From an uncultured Clostridia bacterium (GTDB lineage Bacteria > Bacillota > Clostridia > Christensenellales > Borkfalkiaceae): 64,000 bases of DNA. The stretch is from the NCBI GenBank assembly GCA_934249265.1, contig CAKQKQ010000001.1, positions 15,614 to 79,613 of the forward strand, read 5' to 3'. The notes under the pieces were generated by a model, which was given only the letters and a program-made list of their open reading frames with translations, did not search any database and was not told the DNA's origin. Made by a program: the position numbers and the translations under genes. Shown here in pieces: positions 26,501-37,132 of this stretch; the stretch's first letter is position 1; every line of letters begins with the position of its first letter.

Positions 26501-28771
26501 ATGAAAAAATTTATTGTCATTTTTTTGTCGATTCTTTTTGCTTTATCCTTGACGGGACTTGTCGCTTGCGGAAAGGATAATTCAACAACTCCTCCCACGC
26601 AAATGAAACTCACCGTCAATACGGACAAACAACTCGAATTAAACGTAGGCGATATGTATAAAATCGCTTACAGAGTTGCTGGTACTACAAAGGGCGTAAC
26701 GTTCACCTCGTCAGACGAAGACGTGTTGACGGTTGACGCTTTCGGCAACATCACTCCAAAAGCAAAGGGCGAGGCAACCATAACCGTTGCTTTGGTAGAA
26801 AAACCTTCTATTAAAAGCACTATTACGGTTACCGTAACAAAAACTTTCTTCAATAGAAAAACAGGCTATAAAAACGGCGGTATAGACTTGACTTACGAAA
26901 GCGACGGCTTTGTGAGAATTACGGGCGGTCAAACCCAACTTCTCGCAAACGAAAGCGGCGAAAATTGGTATTTCAAGGTAAATCTCGACCACACGGGAAA
27001 ATATACGAGCGACGACGCGCAAGGTCGTTTCGGCGTAGGTTCGTTCTACGTTACGGACTCGGTTGCTATCGGCGAAGTAATGGCATGGTTCGGCTTTAAA
27101 CCCGACTTCATCAGCAAAAGGACGTTTATTCCTTACGTCGGCGGTTGGAGAGTGCAAACCAACGGACAAGACCCCGAAATATCCATGCTTGACGACGGCG
27201 AAATTCTCGACTGCTCCGGAACTCACGGCGCAACGTTCGAACTTATCCGTTACGGCACGATGCACTATATTAAAATAACGGGCAAAAACAAAGTTGCTAA
27301 ATACGCTTACGATTGCCCGTCGTTAGAGGGTAAACCCACATACCCCGGTATATACGCTCAAAACCAAATCATCGACGTTTGGGATTTTGAGATGACTACC
27401 GACAATGCGGAAATCATGGAAAAACTCAACAACTTCCAAGTTGCCGAAGAAATTGAAATCAACGGCATAGGCGACAAGTTGTTTGCGGGCGAAACTTATA
27501 GGCTTTCAAGCACTGTTCTTCCCATGACCACGTTCGACAAGTCGGTTACGTACTCGGTTAGCCCCGCGGTTGACGGCGTAACTCTTAACGACAACGTTCT
27601 CACTATCGGCGAAAACGTAACGGGAACTGTTACCGTTGTAGCGACTGCAAATTCAAATACCGAAGTAACAACGAGCAAAACGTTCACCGTAAGCAAAAAA
27701 GCGCAATCGACTTCTACCGTATTAGATACGGGTGCGGTTGTAGGCGACAACGCAACTCTCGGCGAAGACAGCATTAAAGTAAACGGCACGACTTACGTTC
27801 CGCTTTTGAAATTAGGCAACGTATGGGGCGTTTCGTTCAAACTTTCCGCTACTTCTACAAGCGGTAAAGTCGGTTTACTCGCCGCAACTAAAGGTTATTT
27901 CGACTATACAGACTTCTCGCTTTCACTCGAAGGAAATAAGCGCACAATGTCTTACGGAACGCTCGGTTTTACTTATAAGACGTTCGCTTACTTAAACGAC
28001 GGCGCGTCGCTTTCGAGCGTAGACGTTGAAATTCTTAAATACACCAACGTTTATTACGTTTCTATAAACGGCACGTTGGTAAAGAAATTGACTATTTCGG
28101 AAAATTCCGAAGAGTATATGCCCGTATTGTATTCGGACGGTGCGGAAGCCGAATTTACTTCGATAAAAACGTACGCTACCGACGAAATCAATACAAAGAT
28201 AGATTCTTATTCGTTTGCAACGGGCGCATTCGTCACCAAGACCGAAGACGGCAAATATATTCTCGCATCAAAAGACTTCGGCAGTGCGACTAACATAAAT
28301 TGGCCGCCCGTAAACGATTATGAAAACGGCTTGAAGTCGGCAAAGACTTTCAAGGGCGACTTTGAAGTGGAGTTTACCGTTTCCGACATTAAGCCCATGC
28401 TTAAAAACGGCGAATACGACAGCAAACTTCTCATCTATTTGCGCAGCGAAAGCACTACGGCAAGCATACAGTTCGTAATCAAAGGCACGCCCGCAAATCC
28501 CACGGTTTCGTTCTGTCCCAACCTCAACGACGCTACTTGGGACGAATATCCCATCACAAACGTCAATTTGTTAGATGGCAGCCACACTATTAAAGTGGTT
28601 AAGAGGTCGGGTTACGTAGAATTGCATATCGACGGACAAAGAGTATTCGAGGGCAATTCGGGTCTTTCCAACAACGGTTATTGGTCCGACAGCACGGTAT
28701 TCACCCCGGGTATTTCCACGTTCCTTTGCGGCGCAACGTTAAGCGACGTACACTTTGCGGAGGTAAAATAA
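26501..28771 (+). CDS. surface lipoprotein (756 aa), paralog of the 1472-aa protein
   Basis: Lipobox GLVAC. Shares the Big_2-like N-terminus and the TFFNR...GIDL jelly-roll entry motif with the upstream gene. Confidence 0.85.
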   Translation: MKKFIVIFLSILFALSLTGLVACGKDNSTTPPTQMKLTVNTDKQLELNVGDMYKIAYRVAGTTKGVTFTSSDEDVLTVDAFGNITPKAKGEATITVALVEKPSIKSTITVTVTKTFFNRKTGYKNGGIDLTYESDGFVRITGGQTQLLANESGENWYFKVNLDHTGKYTSDDAQGRFGVGSFYVTDSVAIGEVMAWFGFKPDFISKRTFIPYVGGWRVQTNGQDPEISMLDDGEILDCSGTHGATFELIRYGTMHYIKITGKNKVAKYAYDCPSLEGKPTYPGIYAQNQIIDVWDFEMTTDNAEIMEKLNNFQVAEEIEINGIGDKLFAGETYRLSSTVLPMTTFDKSVTYSVSPAVDGVTLNDNVLTIGENVTGTVTVVATANSNTEVTTSKTFTVSKKAQSTSTVLDTGAVVGDNATLGEDSIKVNGTTYVPLLKLGNVWGVSFKLSATSTSGKVGLLAATKGYFDYTDFSLSLEGNKRTMSYGTLGFTYKTFAYLNDGASLSSVDVEILKYTNVYYVSINGTLVKKLTISENSEEYMPVLYSDGAEAEFTSIKTYATDEINTKIDSYSFATGAFVTKTEDGKYILASKDFGSATNINWPPVNDYENGLKSAKTFKGDFEVEFTVSDIKPMLKNGEYDSKLLIYLRSESTTASIQFVIKGTPANPTVSFCPNLNDATWDEYPITNVNLLDGSHTIKVVKRSGYVELHIDGQRVFEGNSGLSNNGYWSDSTVFTPGISTFLCGATLSDVHFAEVK

Positions 28772-28774
28772 TTA

Positions 28775-30553
28775 ATGAATAAACGCGTAAAATGTCTTTT
28801 ATTAGGTTTGGCTCTCACGGCGGTAAGTTCGTTTACCGCTTGCGGAGACGGCACTGAAAACGGCGGCGGCAACACCGACGATAAAAAAATTCAATACGAA
28901 GAGTATATTACAAACACTATCGCTTACAACGACAACAGCGACGAAACTTTATCCGATTTCAACACTAATCTTTATTATCTCAACCAATGGGAAAAGTTTT
29001 ACGACAGCGACAGCATAGGTTTCCCCGATATGGGCGACCCGTTCATCACTTATTACGACGGAGCATATTACGCTTACGGCACGAGAGGGACGACTTCGTT
29101 CCACTGCTTCCGCTCGTACGATTTGTCGCATTGGGAAAGACTTACCGACTGTTTCACCCCCGCGGCGGGCAGTTGGAGCAGAGATAGCCTTTGGGCTCCC
29201 GATATTCAGTGTATAAACGGTAAATATTACCTTTACTACACGGGTAGATTTGACAACGGCGATGGTTCGTCAAACTGCCAAATAGGCGTTGCGGTTGCTG
29301 ACGCGCCTTACGGTCCGTTTATTCAATACACGGGCACAAACGCTTTGGGGCAAAACATCACGCTTGCCGACACGCCTTTTAAAGGTTTGGAAAGACACAC
29401 CATTTTGGACCAAACGGTATTCCAAGACGACGACGGTTCGTTGTATATGTATTTCTCGTTCGACGCAAAAACTTGCAGCGACGACGTGCATAAAGACGGA
29501 ATAAAAGACCCCAACAGCGCAGAAATTTGGGGCGTTAGAATGATCGACGCAACCACTTGGGATATAAGCACGCTCACTCCGCTTTTGTCCCCCGGATATA
29601 AAAAATTGTCCGACGATAAGTACGATTATCAAATTCCTTGGGAAAGATGGTCTCCCTCTTTCGACGCAGTATTAGACGTAGAGTGTCTCGAAGGTCCTTA
29701 CATGGTAAAACACAACGGAAAATATTTCCTCACGTACTGCGGAAACAGTTTCGTCGACGATTGTTATTCGGTCGGTTATGCAATTTCGGACAGTCCTTTG
29801 GGCGAATACGAAAAACCCAACGACACTTATCTTCAAAACATGTTGCTCGGCGTACCCGGCGCACCCGGTTCTTATATCGACAACAGATATAAAGGCTTTA
29901 TGAAAGGCACGGGACACGCTTCTATATTCAAGACGGGCAGCGGCGAATTGATGTTCGCTTATCACGCTCACTACAACAGAGAAAAGTGGGACGACAAAGT
30001 AGATAAAGGCAATTGGAGAGTTTTGTCGATAGATTATTTATACTTCGACGAAAACGGCATGCCTTACACCAACGGACCGACTTATTCGTTACAACGCACT
30101 CCCGAGGACATTTCGGGTTATGCAAACATAGCAGGCAAAGCAACGGTTAAAGCGGAAGGCGAAAACGCCAAATATTTAAACGATAACTACACAAACCGCG
30201 CTTACAACACCAAAGAAGTCGCAAAAGAAGCCACGTTTACGGCGGGTACTCGCAGTATCGAACTTAAATTCGACAAGCAAGTAAAAGTCCGCGCGATAAA
30301 TATTTACAACAGTTACGACAAGTCGTTATCTATCGACCTTATCAAGCAAATAGACTTCGGTAACGGTAGAGGCATTGTAAACGCAAACTTCAATTATCGT
30401 TATTATTCCGCGTTCAATTCAGACTTTATTTATCCGCACTGCGCGTTTAATATCGAACTCGAAGAAGATTTGATGACCGATCGCATCGTAATCACTATCG
30501 TCTCCGATCGTGATTTCGCTCTCGGAGAAATAGAAGTTTTGGGCAACTATTAA
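28775..30553 (+). CDS. glycoside hydrolase family 43 lipoprotein with C-terminal accessory domain
   Basis: Lipobox SFTAC. GH43 signatures MGDPFITYY, LWAPDIQCINGKYYLYYT, DQTVFQDDDGSLYMYF, LEGPYMVKHNGKYFLTY. Confidence 0.88.
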   Translation: MNKRVKCLLLGLALTAVSSFTACGDGTENGGGNTDDKKIQYEEYITNTIAYNDNSDETLSDFNTNLYYLNQWEKFYDSDSIGFPDMGDPFITYYDGAYYAYGTRGTTSFHCFRSYDLSHWERLTDCFTPAAGSWSRDSLWAPDIQCINGKYYLYYTGRFDNGDGSSNCQIGVAVADAPYGPFIQYTGTNALGQNITLADTPFKGLERHTILDQTVFQDDDGSLYMYFSFDAKTCSDDVHKDGIKDPNSAEIWGVRMIDATTWDISTLTPLLSPGYKKLSDDKYDYQIPWERWSPSFDAVLDVECLEGPYMVKHNGKYFLTYCGNSFVDDCYSVGYAISDSPLGEYEKPNDTYLQNMLLGVPGAPGSYIDNRYKGFMKGTGHASIFKTGSGELMFAYHAHYNREKWDDKVDKGNWRVLSIDYLYFDENGMPYTNGPTYSLQRTPEDISGYANIAGKATVKAEGENAKYLNDNYTNRAYNTKEVAKEATFTAGTRSIELKFDKQVKVRAINIYNSYDKSLSIDLIKQIDFGNGRGIVNANFNYRYYSAFNSDFIYPHCAFNIELEEDLMTDRIVITIVSDRDFALGEIEVLGNY

Positions 30554-30597
30554 AAATTCGTCAATTAAAAAAAATTCATCCATACAGGAGGAAAGAG

Positions 30598-32079
30598 ATG
30601 AAAAGATTTTTTAAATTATTAATTTGTTTTATGTTTATCCTTTCGACCGTAGCGTTATACGCTTGCGGCGGCAACAAAGGTAACGGCGGCGGAAAAACCG
30701 ACGACAGCGATATCGTTTTAGAAGACGTTACTTACGATGAATTCGGTTATCCCGTTTTCCCCAGCAAAATCACGCTTAACGTTTGGTCTGTTATCGGAGA
30801 CCCCGACAACGCTTATTTGGATTTGGTAAACCAACAATTCAACGATACTTTCAAAAACAACAACGTTGAAGCAAACATCACTTCGATCGAAACGAGTTTG
30901 TTCTACACTCAATTCGCAAACACGCTCAACACCGACCCCGACAACGCTCCCGACGTAGTTATTTTCCACAGCGAAAGATTGACAAACCTCGCCGACAACA
31001 AAATGATCGTTCCCATCGAAAGCGCGCTTAAATCAATTAATCAACCTCTCGATAAAAACAATTATTTGTCCAACATTCTTTCCGAATGTTACGCCGGCGG
31101 CAGTTTATATGCTATTCCTTTGGACGTACACAGCGGTTTCTGGTATGTAAGAGACGATATTTTGCAGAAAAACGGACTTTCTCGTCCCACGACTTTTGCC
31201 GAAATCGAAACCGTTTGTCAAGCGTTGATGGATAAAAAAGCGGAGGGTACGCTTTGGGTCCGTTCTATGGACTTAAACGACGCGTCTTTGAGAGAATGGC
31301 GTCAAGTAGGACCCGAATCCGATTTCTATCCCTTGGAAATGAGCGGTGAAAACGACAATATGGAATGTGGTTGGATTCCGCAAACGGCTGTTTTGCAAAA
31401 CGGCGGAACGTTCTGCGATAGCAAGGGTTATCCCGTATGGAACACAAACAAAGGTCTTGAAACCGTTTTAAGCACTATCAATACTTGGAAAGGCAAATAT
31501 ATCGGCGCAAACAGAGATTACAACACTTTGTGGGCTAACCTCGGTAACGGCAACGCCGTATTCGGATTCGAGGGTAGTTGGTGGGCAGAAAGCCGTCTCA
31601 ACCAATACGACAGCGTTTTAGGCGAAGGTAGTTTGGGCGTAATGGGCTTATCTAAACTTTTCGCTCTCGACCCCACTGCCGAATACGCAAACAAGGTTTA
31701 CGGCGTAGGTCACTGCTTCGCGCTTTCGAGATCGGTTACAAACAATAAAGTAAAGGCTGCCGGTGCGCTTTACAGCAAATACATGACCGAAAATTCGATT
31801 AAGTACATGAAGGGCGGTCACCTTCCCGCATGTCTTTCGGTAATCAATAATCCCGAATACACTTCTTCTACCGAGTACAATCGTTATCTTAAATACATGG
31901 GCGACCCCGCAAACTTCCAAACGCTCGGCAACACCAAGTATTTCAAGCCCGTTTACGAGCAATTGAAGATGACTTATATGTACACGCTCAGCAAAAACAA
32001 AACCGGTGAGGTAAAAGATTTTATTGCCGAAGCATATCAAAGAGCAATGGCAACGATTAGAGCGGAAGAAGACTTATAA
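30598..32079 (+). CDS. ABC transporter sugar-binding lipoprotein
   Basis: RBS AGGAGG and lipobox LYAC plus Gly-rich linker. Size and composition fit a family-1 solute-binding protein. Sits next to two permease genes. Confidence 0.85.
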   Translation: MKRFFKLLICFMFILSTVALYACGGNKGNGGGKTDDSDIVLEDVTYDEFGYPVFPSKITLNVWSVIGDPDNAYLDLVNQQFNDTFKNNNVEANITSIETSLFYTQFANTLNTDPDNAPDVVIFHSERLTNLADNKMIVPIESALKSINQPLDKNNYLSNILSECYAGGSLYAIPLDVHSGFWYVRDDILQKNGLSRPTTFAEIETVCQALMDKKAEGTLWVRSMDLNDASLREWRQVGPESDFYPLEMSGENDNMECGWIPQTAVLQNGGTFCDSKGYPVWNTNKGLETVLSTINTWKGKYIGANRDYNTLWANLGNGNAVFGFEGSWWAESRLNQYDSVLGEGSLGVMGLSKLFALDPTAEYANKVYGVGHCFALSRSVTNNKVKAAGALYSKYMTENSIKYMKGGHLPACLSVINNPEYTSSTEYNRYLKYMGDPANFQTLGNTKYFKPVYEQLKMTYMYTLSKNKTGEVKDFIAEAYQRAMATIRAEEDL

Positions 32080-32100
32080 TTTTAGGTAGAGGTTTATAAA

Positions 32101-33123
32101 ATGAATCGTCAAGCGCTTGTTACTGTAGACGAGTACGCGTTAAAACGAAGCAAAAGAATAGACTTTTTCAAGAGATATGGTATGGCGCTTTTATTTATTG
32201 CGCCACACCTTATCTTCTTTTTGGTCTTTTGCATATATCCGTTGTTTTACGGAATATACATGTCTCTTTTCAAGTATTCGATAGCCGACCACACCCAAAA
32301 CGAGTGGAGAGGCTTAAAAAACTTCGCTACGCTGCTTTTCAATAAAGACAATTTATATCATCAAGAATTTTGGTATGCAATAGGCAACACCGCCACTTTT
32401 GCGGCTATTATCGTACCGTTATCGATTATTATCCCGCTGTTTATCGCAATTTGCATCAATTCAAAGCCAAAGGGATATAAAATTTTCCGTGCAATTATAT
32501 ATTTGCCGTCGGTTCTTCCCGTTTCGGCAAGCGGTATTATTTTCACGGCTTTGTTCGGCTTTTTATTCGGTTATATCAACCAATGGTTCGGTGTTTCGGT
32601 AGACTGGTTAAACAGCAACCCCACGCTCGCATGGTTTGTCATACTATTGCTATGCCTATGGGGAGGTTGGGGCGGCAACTTCATAATTCTAAACGCGGGA
32701 CTTAAAAACGTAGACAAAAGCCTATACGAGGCGGCAGCCGTAGACGGTTGTACGGGTATGCGGCGCGCAATGGCGGTCACATTCCCGGCGATCAAACAGC
32801 AACTTATACTTTGTATTTTCAACACGATAATAGGTTATTTCGGGTTGTACGGGCAGATATACGTGCTTACCAACGCCGGACCGATTACCAACACCACTAA
32901 TCACAGCACTATGTCGATAATGTGGTACATGCAAAACCTTATCAACGACAGCGGCAACTTCGCCGTGTACGGCATGGTTAGCGCAATGGGCCTTTTACTC
33001 GGACTTATTATCGGCGCGATTACCGCAATACAACTCATCGTAACGAGAGAGAGGAAAAGCGGCAACAAATACAGCACTCAATTTAAAAATTATCAACAGC
33101 AAAAGGAGGCAGTAAATGAATAA
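32101..33123 (+). CDS. ABC sugar transporter permease (MalF-like)
   Basis: Six hydrophobic segments. EAA-type loop LYEAAAVDGCTGMRRAMAVTFP. Confidence 0.88.
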   Translation: MNRQALVTVDEYALKRSKRIDFFKRYGMALLFIAPHLIFFLVFCIYPLFYGIYMSLFKYSIADHTQNEWRGLKNFATLLFNKDNLYHQEFWYAIGNTATFAAIIVPLSIIIPLFIAICINSKPKGYKIFRAIIYLPSVLPVSASGIIFTALFGFLFGYINQWFGVSVDWLNSNPTLAWFVILLLCLWGGWGGNFIILNAGLKNVDKSLYEAAAVDGCTGMRRAMAVTFPAIKQQLILCIFNTIIGYFGLYGQIYVLTNAGPITNTTNHSTMSIMWYMQNLINDSGNFAVYGMVSAMGLLLGLIIGAITAIQLIVTRERKSGNKYSTQFKNYQQQKEAVNE

Positions 33124-34099
33124 GTTTCTTTTGTTTTGTCTCATTTTGCTTTGCGTGATATTCGTGGGTATGGTTGTGCTCGATATAGTGGTTTTATACC
33201 GCAAAAAGCACAAACTTTTATCGGCGACGAGAATAGGCAGATATTTCCAAAAGAATTTGTTTAAGTTTAATTCTTTCGTGTTTTTAGCGATATTCTGCAT
33301 AATTTGGGTTATTCCTTTAGTCGTGGGCGTTTTGGGTAGTTTTACCTCTCAATACACCTTTGAATATCACCCCGGACAACTTATCCCCGACGACGGTTTT
33401 ACGTTTGACAACTATATAAACTTATTCAACAAAACCGACCTCAACGGAAACAAATATCCCGTTGCTCGCTGGATGCTCAACAGTTTTATCGTTGCGTCCG
33501 TAAGCACGGTGCTTTATCTCGCTATAGTCGGCTTGTCGGCTTACGCTTTCGTATTTATGAAGTTCCGTTTCCGCAACGTATTGTTTTTGTTTATGTTGTT
33601 TACAATGGTTATCCCCGGCGTCGCTACGCTTACTCCGCAATTGCAAAACATTGCAAACCTCAAATTATCCAAGACCTTGTGGGCGTTGATTTTACCCGGT
33701 CTCGGCGGCGTGGGCGGACTGTATTTGATAAGGCAGTTCTTCCTCGGTATACCCAAAGATTTAATCGAGTCGGCGCATATGGACGGCGCAAGCGACTTCA
33801 GAATTTTCTGCAGAGTAGTATTGCCCGTAGGCAAATCGGTATTTTTCGTACAAGGTTTGTTCTGCTTTATGGGCAGTTGGAACGACTTAATGTGGCCGCA
33901 AATCATTTTGGGTACGGCAAACATGAAGTTGTGGACTTTGCAAGTCGGTGTTGCATATTTGTCGGGCAGTAAAACCGCAAACTCTATCGGTTTAAACCTC
34001 GCCAGCGCAATGTTCTCGGCAATTCCTATAATTTTGTTGTATATATTCACTCAAAACCAAATTATAGAGGGCGTCGCTTCGTCCGGCGTAAAGGGATAA
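33116..34099 (+). CDS. ABC sugar transporter permease (MalG-like)
   Basis: 8-nt overlap with the previous gene. EAA loop LIESAHMDGASDFRIFCRVVLP. Confidence 0.88.
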   Translation: MNKFLLFCLILLCVIFVGMVVLDIVVLYRKKHKLLSATRIGRYFQKNLFKFNSFVFLAIFCIIWVIPLVVGVLGSFTSQYTFEYHPGQLIPDDGFTFDNYINLFNKTDLNGNKYPVARWMLNSFIVASVSTVLYLAIVGLSAYAFVFMKFRFRNVLFLFMLFTMVIPGVATLTPQLQNIANLKLSKTLWALILPGLGGVGGLYLIRQFFLGIPKDLIESAHMDGASDFRIFCRVVLPVGKSVFFVQGLFCFMGSWNDLMWPQIILGTANMKLWTLQVGVAYLSGSKTANSIGLNLASAMFSAIPIILLYIFTQNQIIEGVASSGVKG

Positions 34100-34225
34100 T
34101 AAAAGGGGCGTTTCCCGCGCGATTATCCTTAATCAATAAGATATAAGCGTAAATTCCGCAAAAATAAAAGCGAAAAATCGCTCGTTTCTTATTGTCGATT
34201 AAAAAATCGGAGAAATTTAATAAAT

Positions 34226-35857
34226 ATGAATAAAATGACTGTAAAAGAGGCAAAAGAACAGTTTTTTGCCAACAATAGAAAAGTAGTGGACGACAGCGTA
34301 GACGGATTCGTGGTATTAAAGGACGTCAACAAGGTGTACAACAACCGCGTGCAAGCGGTGTTCAATTTCAACTTGTCCGTCCAAAGAAACGAATTTATCG
34401 TGCTTGTAGGACCTTCCGGTTGCGGAAAGTCCACAACGCTCCGTATGATAGCGGGTCTCGAAGAAATTACCGACGGAAATTTGTATATCGACAACGTTCT
34501 TGCAAACTATCTCGAAAGTAAAGACAGAGACATAGCGATGGTTTTCCAAAGTTACGCACTTTATCCCAATATGACGGTGTACGACAATATCGGTTTCGGC
34601 TTGCAAGTTAGGGGACTTCCTAAAGAGACAATCAAGGAAAAGGTATTCAAGGCGGCGGAAATTCTCGACCTCGGACCTTATCTCGATCGTCGTCCTAAAG
34701 AACTTTCGGGCGGACAAATGCAACGTGTCGCTTTGGGTAGAGCAATCGTAAGAGACGCAAAACTCTTTTTAATGGACGAACCGCTTTCAAACCTCGACGC
34801 GAAATTGCGTGTGCAAATGCGCAGCGAAATAGTAAAATTGCACCGCAGCATCAACGCCACAACCATTTACGTTACTCACGACCAAACCGAAGCAATGACA
34901 ATGGCTGACAGAATCGTAGTAATGAACCAAGGCGTCGTTCAACAAATAGGCACGCCTATCGAAATTTACAACAACCCCGCCAACGCTTTCGTTGCGACGT
35001 TTATAGGCAACCCGCCGATGAACGTGTTTAAGACGAGCATAGAGGGCGGCGTGCTTAAAAACGGCGACGAAAAAATTACTTTGCCGCAAGGCGTAATGGA
35101 TAAATATCATAAGTTTATCGAAGAACGCCGCGAGTTTTTCGCTCAATTAAAGCAAAAAGCGCAATTTACCGAAGAAAAGCAACTTAAAGAGCGCGTAACT
35201 GCTTTCCGCAAAAATCTTCGCAAAACCGAGCAAGGCAAAATCAAAGAAGAAATGGCGGTTGTTTGCGCAGAACTTTTGAAATTATCCGAGCAAAAAGGAC
35301 TTGTTTCGTTCACTAAAGAACAAGCCGACACTTACGTAAGCGACGTGGAAAACGGCAGCAGACAAAACGTAATATCCGACTTAATTGCAATGGAAAATCT
35401 CATCGATTCTTCCGCGCTCACTATCGCTGGTATTTTAAAGCAATCCGACTCGTCGGGTGCGTTTACCACCAATAAAAAAGTAACTATAGTAAGTAAAAAG
35501 CAAAAACAACATGCCGAATCTTTAGAAGAAGAGGTAAACCGCAAAATCGACGAATATATCTCGGCTTACGGCAGCGGAGAAACCGAAACTCACGCCCTTG
35601 TCGGTATCAGACCCGAAGACGTGTATTTCTCGGATAAATTCGACGGAAATAAGACCGAAGACCTTAATTTGACGGTAGATTTCGTGGAAATGCTCGGCAG
35701 TGATTACTGTATGCACGTCAACTTGTTCGGCAGCGACGTCATCGTCAAGCGCGGAATAAGAGAAGTCGTTTCCACGGGCGACAAAATCAAATTGTGTATA
35801 GATAAGGACAAAATCAAATTGTTTGACCCCGTAAGCGGAAAAACAATAAATCGTTAA
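34226..35857 (+). CDS. ABC sugar transporter ATPase (MsmX/MalK-like) with a large insertion in the C-terminal domain
   Basis: Walker A GPSGCGKST, signature LSGGQMQR, Walker B LFLMDEPLS, H-loop VTHD. 543 aa, versus about 370 aa usual for this family as I recall it. Confidence 0.9.
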   Translation: MNKMTVKEAKEQFFANNRKVVDDSVDGFVVLKDVNKVYNNRVQAVFNFNLSVQRNEFIVLVGPSGCGKSTTLRMIAGLEEITDGNLYIDNVLANYLESKDRDIAMVFQSYALYPNMTVYDNIGFGLQVRGLPKETIKEKVFKAAEILDLGPYLDRRPKELSGGQMQRVALGRAIVRDAKLFLMDEPLSNLDAKLRVQMRSEIVKLHRSINATTIYVTHDQTEAMTMADRIVVMNQGVVQQIGTPIEIYNNPANAFVATFIGNPPMNVFKTSIEGGVLKNGDEKITLPQGVMDKYHKFIEERREFFAQLKQKAQFTEEKQLKERVTAFRKNLRKTEQGKIKEEMAVVCAELLKLSEQKGLVSFTKEQADTYVSDVENGSRQNVISDLIAMENLIDSSALTIAGILKQSDSSGAFTTNKKVTIVSKKQKQHAESLEEEVNRKIDEYISAYGSGETETHALVGIRPEDVYFSDKFDGNKTEDLNLTVDFVEMLGSDYCMHVNLFGSDVIVKRGIREVVSTGDKIKLCIDKDKIKLFDPVSGKTINR

Positions 35858-35879
35858 ATAAATAGATAAGGAGAAATTT

Positions 35880-37052
35880 ATGAGAAAGACGTTATGCGCG
35901 ATTATGGCGTTGATTATCGCAATGCTTATTTTCCCCGCGTGCGGCGGCAACGAAAGCAAGCAGCAACTCACCATAAACGACCTTGAAATTTACGTTAAAG
36001 ACGAACCCGTCGAAATCACGGCGATTTTTAAAGACGAAACCAAAAAAGAGTATATCACTTACGAATACGACGAAACTTTGGTTGAAATTTCGGGCAATAA
36101 AATTTCCGCTTTAAAAGAGGGCGAAACCACGGTAAAAGCAAAGGCTTATTCTTGTTCGACCACTTTTAAGGTCACTTGTTTGCCCCCTTGTATTCAAATC
36201 GACGATATGTACGCTTGGTTTAACACTTCCGCAACATCGTCTATAGTTTATCCCGCAAGCGAAATTACGGTTAAACTTGCCGATATAATAAAGGACGAAC
36301 CCGTTACTTACACTTACGACAGCGACGCGATTTCCATCAAAGACGGAAAAGTCACGGCGTTGAAACAAGAAACGGTACAAGTAACGGCGTCTGCGGGCGG
36401 AAAATCAAACACGTTCTTGGTGCATGCTCACGGCTATGACCCGACCCAAAAGAACAAAAGCGAATACGACTCTAAAGAGGCGGCGAGAAGAAACCTTTGG
36501 AAAACCAAAGGAACGACAAATTCCACTATTTTCATCGGAGATTCGTTCTTCGACCCCGATTTCTGGACTAATTTCAATTCGTTTTACAGCGGCTACGACG
36601 CTCTTTTAATGGGTATCGGCGGCACTCGTTCGTTCCATTGGGATTTGTTCAGCCAAACGATTTTAAGCGGCGCGCAACCTAAAAACGCCGTAATAAACCT
36701 CGGCAACAACGACGTTTACAACGACGGACTTTTGGACGACTACGACGCCACTATAGAGTCTTTACAACGTTTCCATACTTTACTTCACGGACTTATGCCA
36801 AACACAAAACTTTACACGTTCTCCATTACCGCGCGTAACTACACTGCGGCGTGGGATCCCGAATACGTAGTAAAGAAAATTAACAAAGAGATGCAAAAGT
36901 GGTGCGAAGGCAAAGATTGGATAACTTATATTGATTTGCAAGACGTAATGACTTTTGATAAACTTAAAGACAACATTCACCCGATGCCGCAACATTATTC
37001 TTATTTCGTTGACGCGCTTTATGACGCCGGCATCGAATTAGAAGCAGTATAA
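35880..37052 (+). CDS. lipoprotein with Ig-like domains and a C-terminal SGNH esterase domain
   Basis: Lipobox FPAC. Blocks IFIGDSFF, GIGGTRS, NLGNNDV, DNIHP. Confidence 0.82.
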   Translation: MRKTLCAIMALIIAMLIFPACGGNESKQQLTINDLEIYVKDEPVEITAIFKDETKKEYITYEYDETLVEISGNKISALKEGETTVKAKAYSCSTTFKVTCLPPCIQIDDMYAWFNTSATSSIVYPASEITVKLADIIKDEPVTYTYDSDAISIKDGKVTALKQETVQVTASAGGKSNTFLVHAHGYDPTQKNKSEYDSKEAARRNLWKTKGTTNSTIFIGDSFFDPDFWTNFNSFYSGYDALLMGIGGTRSFHWDLFSQTILSGAQPKNAVINLGNNDVYNDGLLDDYDATIESLQRFHTLLHGLMPNTKLYTFSITARNYTAAWDPEYVVKKINKEMQKWCEGKDWITYIDLQDVMTFDKLKDNIHPMPQHYSYFVDALYDAGIELEAV

Positions 37053-37132
37053 TCGATTAAAAAAAACAAATTAAGTTTCAATTACATGAATTTGTAATAT
37101 TTTAAATCATTAATCACGATAGAATTTGGCAA

